Translations under genes and position numbers: made by a program
Notes under the pieces: generated by a model
Told to the model about the DNA's origin: nothing
The model's database searches: none
The model's input: the letters and a program-made list of their open reading frames with translations, nothing else
Shown here: in pieces, positions 6,363 to 14,400 of the stretch
How positions within the stretch are numbered: position 1 is the first letter of the stretch
Layout of the letters: every line of letters starts with the position of its first letter
IMG/VR virus record: IMGVR_UViG_3300025035_000013
Location: 1-24,626 of that record
Reading direction: 5' to 3' (one strand)
Source of the DNA: a virus
DNA length: 24,626 bases

Positions 6363-9300
6363 TTATCTATCATTCCGGCGCCATCTCTTTCTGTATCTGG
6401 TAACACCGCCGACGTCAGTCCTAGTATTATACGTTCGACCGTGTTTCCTGTTGTTTATCTTCCTGAAATAGCTAGATGCATCCGCCATTCTACCACTTAA
6501 CGTAATATATGCTCTGGTTGTCTTATTTATATAATTAGTAACAGGCGCAAGTCGCACAGTAGGGTCATTGACGACAGAAAATCTATGTATAACATAATTA
6601 TCTGCTGCAGGTAATACATCGAGTTTACCAGTGAAATCTAATGTGGAATATGCTTGTACAATTTCTGCTTTTGATGCCATCGACTGATTGAGCATATTTA
6701 CTTCTTCGTATGGTAATGTTATTAAACTACCTGTCAGTTGATAGTTTGATGCCTTTCTGGCAGTAGCTGTAATGCCAGTCGGCTCCATTAATGTAACACC
6801 ATCCAATATAGCTAATGCTCTGCATTCTCTGTTTTCAGGGTCAATCGCTGTAGATAAATCTGGATTAGATATATCTGATACTTCTAATCCAGTAAAATTA
6901 TCAACCAAGAAACCGTTTTTATCTCTTTCTAAACCGAAACTATCTTTGATTGACAAATTCACGGTTGATTTTTCTGCTGCACTTAAAAGTACTTCTGTTT
7001 CTACATTAGATAATCTGCTATCTAAATCTTTTACAGCTCTCATTGTATAATTAAGTATTTGCTCATTAGAAAATGATACATCAGTTGATGGTACATTTGT
7101 CTTTGCAGCTACTGATATTGTAACCAATGGCATTCCATCGACCATATCACCGCCGAGGATATAAGTCATTTCTCCTGAATTCGATATTCCGAGTGAATCT
7201 GTCCTAGATAAAAAGTATGAATAGCTTGTACTCATAGTAGACTCAGATGATAATGGGTCAGATACCGATGCACCAGTTACTACATTGAATTCAGTACCAT
7301 TGTCCGAAATTCTGCTCCTGAAATCCAAGCAATCTGGCAGATAATAGTCAACATCTCCTATTTTAACGGCATTTAACAATGCGGTTGGGATTGAAGAATA
7401 TGAATCTACACTGAAATAATCTCCATCAGAATGCACGAAATACTCGAATATGATACGAATTGGTCTAGTAGTAGTACGATTAGTCCGCACTCGACCGACA
7501 TCATAGTATTCTGCTCGCTGCCCATTATCAAACACGTATTTATTTGTAATATCAGATTCACCTGCTTCAACGTATGATGCTTTATCAGTAGGGTCACCCG
7601 ATTCTGTTATCTTTATAATACGAAGGCAATCTGCCTCATTTAAGGATATATTCTTGCTATCATATTTTTGTGAGGTCGCATTTGTAAGTGTTAATGCGCC
7701 GACTGCTAGGGACTTAGTCTTTTCTTTAGCAAATGCACCTGTTCTTTTAACTAATATAATACCCTTATAATCAGTGGCAGCTAGCAACCCACTGATAGTC
7801 AATGTTGTTGCAGGAGTATCAAGCGAATATGTTGCATTAACAGGCAAACCTGTACTGCCCGAAATTATAATATGTCCCGTATGTAAGAATGTTTCCCCAT
7901 TTGTTAATATAATATTATATGTAGTGCCAACCGTGGTGAACTGATATGATTTGGATACGACATATTGCATGTCAATATCACCATTAATATCTCGAAGTGT
8001 ATTTATAGCCTTAGATGGCAATTTGCGAACATAATCTCCCAATATAACAAGTTCGGCAATTTCTCTATATAATGTACTTGCCGATGCAGTTATATCAACT
8101 GATGTTGTTATTGTTGTTGGGCTTGATATGGTAACTACTTTAGCAGATACCCCCGAAGCAACAATTCTATCACCTACTGATAATTCAAAATCAAAATAAG
8201 TACCGACGCCAGTTATGGTAGTGGCAGCAGATGTACCAGAACCGCTTAACGGTATTACTTTCGAAACGATATTAGCAGAAAAGGATGTACTATTAAAAGA
8301 ATATGCATCCCTTGCAAAATTATTTTTAGTATTTAATTTTATATTAAAAAGGAACAGCCTATATGTGCTATCGATACCAGGTGTACCAGACAAATATTCC
8401 AGAGACCTAACCCGGGCAGTACCAATGATTGCACTTGTAACATCCAATATATCTACTTTTGTTAAATTAGCTGTTATTGAAGGAACGCCTATTATATCTT
8501 TGACTACAATATATGCACCGGCTGGCGTATATAATTGTGCTTGAGATAGTTGGCGAGTTTGTCTAGCTTTTGATACAACAGCAGTTGTAGCTAAGTTAAA
8601 TTCAATTTCAAATCCTTTTATATATGCTTTACCTGGACTTGTTTGAATTGCCATTTTACTTTCAGCAATAATATGCTCATCTATCAGTTCACTTGTGATT
8701 GGTGTCGTTCCTTTATTGTCAAACAATCTCTTATTTGGTACTTGATTCCAATAAATTACACCATCAGATACGATTCCATAAGTATGCACCGGGGCAGCTG
8801 AACCAGTATATCCTTGATTCATTGCGATGTATGTAATATCGCCGTTAGATACTAAATCGCCAATTAAAACTGGGATATTTGGGAGCCATATTCCTCTATC
8901 ATTCTTGCGATATTCAGCCGCATTAAATGAAAATGGAGAAACTACATAATCACCAGACTCTTCATACGTTCTTCGTGCGAGCCATTTTTCTATTTCAGCA
9001 TATTTTGTTTCATTTTTTAGATATTCAATCTTACCATTATTGATTTTCAATAAATCAATAAATTTAATTTCAGCAGTATCCGCGGAAGTATACTCATAAT
9101 CTTTCTTCGATAACGTCAAAGATATTTTTAATCTATGAGCACCGGGTGCATTATAATTGGTAAATCCAAATGCATTATCGTTAAGAGTATAATCTTCATT
9201 TTCAGTTACAATCGATTCTATATAATCTAAACCTACAACAGCAGATGCGGTATTAGTATACTTAGAAACGGTTACTGATTGTTTTAATACTTGTACGAAA

Positions 9301-9836
9301 TAACCATTTACATAATATACCCCCTCGCCGATTGTACATATTGATGCCGCTCCTGTATAAGTCGTGAGTGGAGCAATTTTAAATACAAGGCCTGGTATAT
9401 CTACGCTAGTAAGAGTTTCACCTGACTGAAATTCTTGAATAGCACCTGAAGCAGAAAGATATTTTATATAAATTGTGGGTTGGTCAGTATCGGTCGATAC
9501 ATCATAATGTACTACGGTAGCTGTTATGCCATTCGTATCACCTGCAATCGTAGTTCCTACTAAATCAGATATATATGTTTCAATGTTAACATCATTATAA
9601 TTTACTTCTAATTTAAGAAATTTGACAGTGTCGTCGTAGAATACATGACCCGGTATTACGAGTGTGCCATTTTTAAATACATGGTCACCATGTCGTTTTA
9701 TTTGAGCTTGAAGTATACTCTGAATCTGCGTTAATTCTCGCGCCTGTACTGGTTTGGCAGGATGAAATAATATTTTATGATACCCTTTTAGAGACTCAAA
9801 GTCATCATAATAGGGAAATGTATTTAAATCAAGCAT
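6363..9836 (-). CDS. DUF4815/VrlC-like baseplate-associated structural protein, N-terminal part (1157 aa)
   Basis: Diagnostic start LNTFPYYDDF...YHKILFHP..PVQARELTQIQSILQAQI, then GVYYVNGYFV, APGAHRLKI, LARRTYEESGDY, FDNGQRAEYYD, GDYFSVDSY, CLDFRSR and NGFLVDNF. SD TAGGA upstream. Confidence 0.9.
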   Translation of the reverse strand: MLDLNTFPYYDDFESLKGYHKILFHPAKPVQARELTQIQSILQAQIKRHGDHVFKNGTLVIPGHVFYDDTVKFLKLEVNYNDVNIETYISDLVGTTIAGDTNGITATVVHYDVSTDTDQPTIYIKYLSASGAIQEFQSGETLTSVDIPGLVFKIAPLTTYTGAASICTIGEGVYYVNGYFVQVLKQSVTVSKYTNTASAVVGLDYIESIVTENEDYTLNDNAFGFTNYNAPGAHRLKISLTLSKKDYEYTSADTAEIKFIDLLKINNGKIEYLKNETKYAEIEKWLARRTYEESGDYVVSPFSFNAAEYRKNDRGIWLPNIPVLIGDLVSNGDITYIAMNQGYTGSAAPVHTYGIVSDGVIYWNQVPNKRLFDNKGTTPITSELIDEHIIAESKMAIQTSPGKAYIKGFEIEFNLATTAVVSKARQTRQLSQAQLYTPAGAYIVVKDIIGVPSITANLTKVDILDVTSAIIGTARVRSLEYLSGTPGIDSTYRLFLFNIKLNTKNNFARDAYSFNSTSFSANIVSKVIPLSGSGTSAATTITGVGTYFDFELSVGDRIVASGVSAKVVTISSPTTITTSVDITASASTLYREIAELVILGDYVRKLPSKAINTLRDINGDIDMQYVVSKSYQFTTVGTTYNIILTNGETFLHTGHIIISGSTGLPVNATYSLDTPATTLTISGLLAATDYKGIILVKRTGAFAKEKTKSLAVGALTLTNATSQKYDSKNISLNEADCLRIIKITESGDPTDKASYVEAGESDITNKYVFDNGQRAEYYDVGRVRTNRTTTRPIRIIFEYFVHSDGDYFSVDSYSSIPTALLNAVKIGDVDYYLPDCLDFRSRISDNGTEFNVVTGASVSDPLSSESTMSTSYSYFLSRTDSLGISNSGEMTYILGGDMVDGMPLVTISVAAKTNVPSTDVSFSNEQILNYTMRAVKDLDSRLSNVETEVLLSAAEKSTVNLSIKDSFGLERDKNGFLVDNFTGLEVSDISNPDLSTAIDPENRECRALAILDGVTLMEPTGITATARKASNYQLTGSLITLPYEEVNMLNQSMASKAEIVQAYSTLDFTGKLDVLPAADNYVIHRFSVVNDPTVRLAPVTNYINKTTRAYITLSGRMADASSYFRKINNRKHGRTYNTRTDVGGVTRYRKRWRRNDR

Positions 9837-9861
9837 GTAGTATTCCTAGTAAAGTATGCAG

Positions 9862-9885
9862 TTCTATGTTTTATTCTATGTTTTA
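9862..9885. repeat. Perfect 12-bp tandem duplication in the leader of the DUF4815 gene
   Basis: ttctatgtttta ttctatgtttta (9862-9873, 9874-9885). Confidence 0.85.
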
Positions 9886-9890
9886 TTTAT
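9884..9890 (-). promoter_or_regulatory. T4-like late promoter box ATAAATA
   Basis: TAATAAATAA in the gp8/DUF4815 intergenic gap, about 48 nt upstream of the ATG at 9836. Confidence 0.65.
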
Positions 9891-9902
9891 TACCGACTCA
9901 CG

Positions 9903-11375
9903 TTAAATCTTTATGATGATATTTAATGTTTCTGTCTGTAATTCAGCACGAGTAATAGGGCTTCTATATTCAGAATAAATTATATCACCAGAATATACTT
10001 GAACTTCAGGATTAGTAATAGTACCAATAACACTATTACCCGTTCCTCCAAGTGCTGTTATACTTTCTGCCACTTGAAATGAATTATTAGCACCTATATT
10101 ATTCAAATTTTCAGATGATGTTCTAATTACACGCAGAGCGCCGGTAGTAGAATTGTAATCTACCACTCTACCCTTAGCACCAGATGTAGTACCTGTTATA
10201 ATGGAGTCAATAGGATATGCATCAACTGGAAGTCCTGCTGCTATTCCTAGGGTTAGAGTTGCGTCTAAAGTAGCTGCTGTTGCGATTGTATCACTGCCAA
10301 ATATGCTTGGATTGTATACTAGACTAATCTTTCGATAATCATTTCCTACGGTGAAATCCCCACTACCTTCGGCACCAGTTAATATAACATTTATCAGCAA
10401 AAACCTAGCAACGGTATCTTTAGCAGGGTTTACTCCAAGTCCACTCATCGGAGTATAAATTATATCAAATACTGCACCTGTTCCAGTTGTTGCTAAGATA
10501 GTAGCATGTGTATATCCTGCCCCTGGGTTAGTAATTTCTACATCTGAAATTGAACCACCTGGCCCGTATGTTACGGTGTATTCTAATCCGAGACCATTAC
10601 CTATTACTTTGAATTCAGCATCTGCCTCTGCATCTGTTACTGCTCTGCTTCCAGCAATGCCACCATTATACCCTGTACCACTTGTTGTAACATTTATTGT
10701 GTAAATGCCTCCCTTGTGTTGTGCAGCATATCCTTGATGTAACCATTGTGTATAATATGCATCACTTGGGCCGGGAGCTACAAGAACCGTCCCGACTGGA
10801 TGATAATATTTACTTGAGAACTTCACAAAATCCGCGGCGGATGTACTAGCTAAAAATCTCCAATAATAATTATCGGCTGTTTTCACTATTCCAGTATCCA
10901 CTCCAACAGGTACTCCAGTCTCTGGAGAATATATGGAAGGCTGAACCACACCGTTTACGACACTTTGTTTTAGACACACGTACACAGAAAAGTTTTCAGT
11001 TACCACAAAACATTTGACATCTGCTATTGAACTCGGTGTCGTAGGGGCTTGGTTTGGCCCATTATATACTGCACTTATATCTCCGGACCAATCGTGTCTA
11101 TAAATGTCGTAGATTACATTTGCTTGCCATGTCTCTTTGAATATACCAGAATATGCATCAGAGGAAGATATTTTTTTAAGCGAAAGCATATCTTCCCAAT
11201 CATTGCTTACCATCCTGCCTGTATTTTCAGGAACAGGTACCGTAGTATCCAGATTAGCGACAGTATCCCATGCTTGTGGTCTACCAATACCAAGATATAA
11301 TGAATCTGCACTCAAATTATTAATGAAATTTGCAAGTGCTGTTGTTTTAAATGTATCACGAATGATTGCAGACAT
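9903..11375 (-). CDS. gp8: Baseplate wedge subunit gp8
   Basis: LYLGIGRPQAW, DMLSLKKI, YDIYRHD, FSVYVCL, TADNYYWRFL, NDYRKISLVYNP and C-terminal YSGDIIYSEYRSPITR..QTETLNIII. Located after gp7, with SD AAGGA. Confidence 0.92.
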   Translation of the reverse strand: MSAIIRDTFKTTALANFINNLSADSLYLGIGRPQAWDTVANLDTTVPVPENTGRMVSNDWEDMLSLKKISSSDAYSGIFKETWQANVIYDIYRHDWSGDISAVYNGPNQAPTTPSSIADVKCFVVTENFSVYVCLKQSVVNGVVQPSIYSPETGVPVGVDTGIVKTADNYYWRFLASTSAADFVKFSSKYYHPVGTVLVAPGPSDAYYTQWLHQGYAAQHKGGIYTINVTTSGTGYNGGIAGSRAVTDAEADAEFKVIGNGLGLEYTVTYGPGGSISDVEITNPGAGYTHATILATTGTGAVFDIIYTPMSGLGVNPAKDTVARFLLINVILTGAEGSGDFTVGNDYRKISLVYNPSIFGSDTIATAATLDATLTLGIAAGLPVDAYPIDSIITGTTSGAKGRVVDYNSTTGALRVIRTSSENLNNIGANNSFQVAESITALGGTGNSVIGTITNPEVQVYSGDIIYSEYRSPITRAELQTETLNIIIKI

Positions 11376-11402
11376 CTACGTTCCTTTTTGAATTCATGTT
11401 TG

Positions 11403-11409
11403 TATTTAT
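11403..11409 (-). promoter_or_regulatory. T4-like late promoter box ATAAATA
   Basis: CAATAAATAC overlapping the gp7 stop codon, about 28 nt upstream of the gp8 ATG. Confidence 0.55.
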
Positions 11410-14400
11410 TGAATAATTAAATCTGTTTCTGTTGGAGTCAAATAAAACATAGCACCTGCATATTCATTATTAATCGCTCTAATATATCCGGTATGAGTAG
11501 CTACCCCAGTTATATCTTTCAGGACAACCGCCGATATATCAATGGAACCTATAGCAGTTATGTCATTTGCCCATGGAGAATTAACAAATGCATCAATATA
11601 TGATGCGGCTGGTATTATTTTAGCACAGATATTAGCACCAGGTGCTACAACGGCAGGTATCATTCTAACAAACCAAAAGTCGCCGACAGATAATACAGTT
11701 GTCAGTCCAGTTCCATCTGTTTTATATTCTCCACTTTCAGTATTCAGAACAAGTGTATATATGTCGCCGCCTGAAATATAATCCTTAAGTTCGAACTTAG
11801 GATATGTCAATGGATTTACTTGTTTCTTAATCATACATTCAAATGCATATGTTCTACCATCAGCTGCTACTGGTACTATATTATATATACTTGCAACATT
11901 TGCGCTATATAAATCAGATAGTTTGTACATATCCAATTTACCAGATGGTCCAGATGAATGATTCTTTATTACTTGTATATTATCAGCCAATGTCCATTTA
12001 GATAAATCTGCTGTAACTATAGGAGGCGCAGCATATTCATCGACAATTCTATACAATGTTTTGCTTGTTTGTCTGGTAGTAAAATCTTTTACAAGAGAAA
12101 TTGGCATATCGACATATCTGAATTTAGTAAAATCTCCAAATAAATCATCTATTGCTGACCATTCTTGTCCTATCGTACTTTCTTGATACATTGCATATAT
12201 AGAATATATAAACAATATACTAACGGTGCTGTTATATCCAATTTCATTCAGTATATTAGATTCTGTTAATGTCTGAGTGACAACATCGCCAAATAAAGAA
12301 AATCCAGCTGGGTGCACAGTTGTTCTCAACAAAACTTCATAATCTTTTAGCGCTCTACCTGCTTTTACAACGTATGCATAATCTTGGTATCTATTGTTGT
12401 CAGCCAATACGGATAATTTATCATTCAATTTACCTACATTTGACTTGAATTTAAAGTCTCCCCATCCATTACCACCTGCGATAGTTGCACCTGAGGCTCT
12501 GTTCATATATGAGATAGTAGCATGAGCATTTGATTTTTCGCCGATAAGTACATCGCCTATATCCAAAGATGCAGATAATTGGTGCACAATATCAATATCA
12601 TCTTCTGTTATGACTAATTTATCTAATTGCTCACTTGTTATAAAAAACGCATCTGATGTTACATCAAGTTTAATTATATTTTTCTCATAATCAACTGAAA
12701 TTACTTTTGCAGTAGTACCATTGTCGAAGGACGAATCTAGTACATCAAGACCTAATGTATCACCACTTTCCAACAATATATTATCCCCACTCTCTAACAA
12801 TGCACCAAATGATGCGCTAATATCTCTGTATAAATTAGAATATACTTTTACGGTCTCTCCAGATATAAATGCAGCATTTTCAGCCAAGGTAGCAACAACA
12901 GGGAAAATTGGTATAGGAAGGTCATCATAAGCTGCACCATTATCTGTAAAAGATATTCCTTTTATTGAGCCTATGTTTTTACCATGAGATGAAAATTTTG
13001 TACCAGATGCTGTTAAATTACCAAATTCATCATATTTATTTTCTAATATTAATATAGGGGGTACCGTATATCCACCTCCTAATGACTTAATAGCTATTTT
13101 AGACACAGCACCATACCCACTAGTATCTGTTATCGATACGACGGGTGTTATCGTATATCCTGTACCATAATTGGTTGTTATGACTGAATCAATTGAACCT
13201 AATTTATCGAATTTCAAGCGAACATCTGCATTGATAGAACCGTCACCGAGTAATATCAAATCGGCATAGGTATATCCAGTACCTGCATCAACTACGGTGA
13301 AGTCTATAATGTTACGCGGAGCCTTTGCTATTAATGTTGCACCTGAACCAATCGTAGCAGATAACACTGGATTTGTGTATCCTGTTCCTTTGTTTATAAT
13401 TTCTAATGATACTATCGTGTTATCGACAATGATAGGTTGAATTTCAGCACCGGTACCCGTTGGGTCTGTTATGTTTATGACAGTTGAACCATTAATATAA
13501 TCAACACCTCCGCTTATGACGTCGGCTGATGTAATACCAGTTTCGACCACCGGAGTTATATTAGCATTCATACCATCACCAACTACAAAAGCTGATGTAC
13601 CGTATTTATATCCTGCTCCTGAATTTTCAATGATGACATCAGTTATTTTATTTTGATATATCAGTGGTTTTAGAATTGCTCCACTTCCACCCCCGCCGGC
13701 GACTGAAAGTATAGTACCTCCAGTATATCCCTGACCACCAGCATGAACTTGCACCGCAATTATTTTGCCGGCAGCATCTATTGTAGGCAACAATACAGCA
13801 CCTGTACCTATACTTGCTGATATTGATACCGGAGTTACTTCTGACTGTGAATAATATCCTTCTCCACCGCTCGTAATATCGTATGATACAAGTTTGCCAG
13901 TGCCTGATACACTCAAAGTCATCAGCGCTGATATACCTGCATCAAGTATGATGTTGTCCATATCAGTAGAAATATATCCTTCTCCCTCAGTACTCGATAT
14001 TGATTTAATCTCACCATTGACAATAATAGGAGTTAATATAGCTGCTATAGCACCTGGTTGACTTGTTGGAGCAGATATACTAGTACCATAAAAATAACCT
14101 GTTCCTCCTGATACAACAACAAGCTCTTTCAGTACTCCATTTTTTATATTGCCTGCTCCTAACAAATTAATATCAGCATTGATACCATCGCCGATGATAT
14201 TGACTGAACTTGTGGTATTATATCCCCATCCTGATTTGTAAATTGTGATACCGGTAATCACTCCACCAGTTATATTAACGCTACCGACGAAATCGAAACC
14301 ATCACCTATTGTAATATATGCATAAGTATATCCCGACCCGCCACTGACAATGTTAAAAGAACCTATCGAGCCGTCTCGAAGTATAGGATTAAATACCGCC

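Noticed and set aside
5552-6375. Stop-codon reassignment, programmed frameshift or intron as the cause of the DUF4815 split
   Set aside because: The interrupting stops are TAA, which ends most genes here. Junction 1 is blocked in all frames and junction 2 has two stops plus its own SD. The gaps (28 and 21 nt) are too short for self-splicing introns.
6524-6531. Perfect TATAAATA inside DUF4815 part 1 (also intragenic ATAAATA near 1834, 3693, 8000, 13603 and 19520)
   Set aside because: Several such hits are expected by chance in AT-rich DNA, so only those at gene boundaries were called. The copies at 6524, 3693 and 19520 could be real but are unsupported.
7406-7597. 63-aa minus-strand ORF nested in the DUF4815 gene
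   Set aside because: Alternative frame inside a conserved gene, with no clear RBS or motif.
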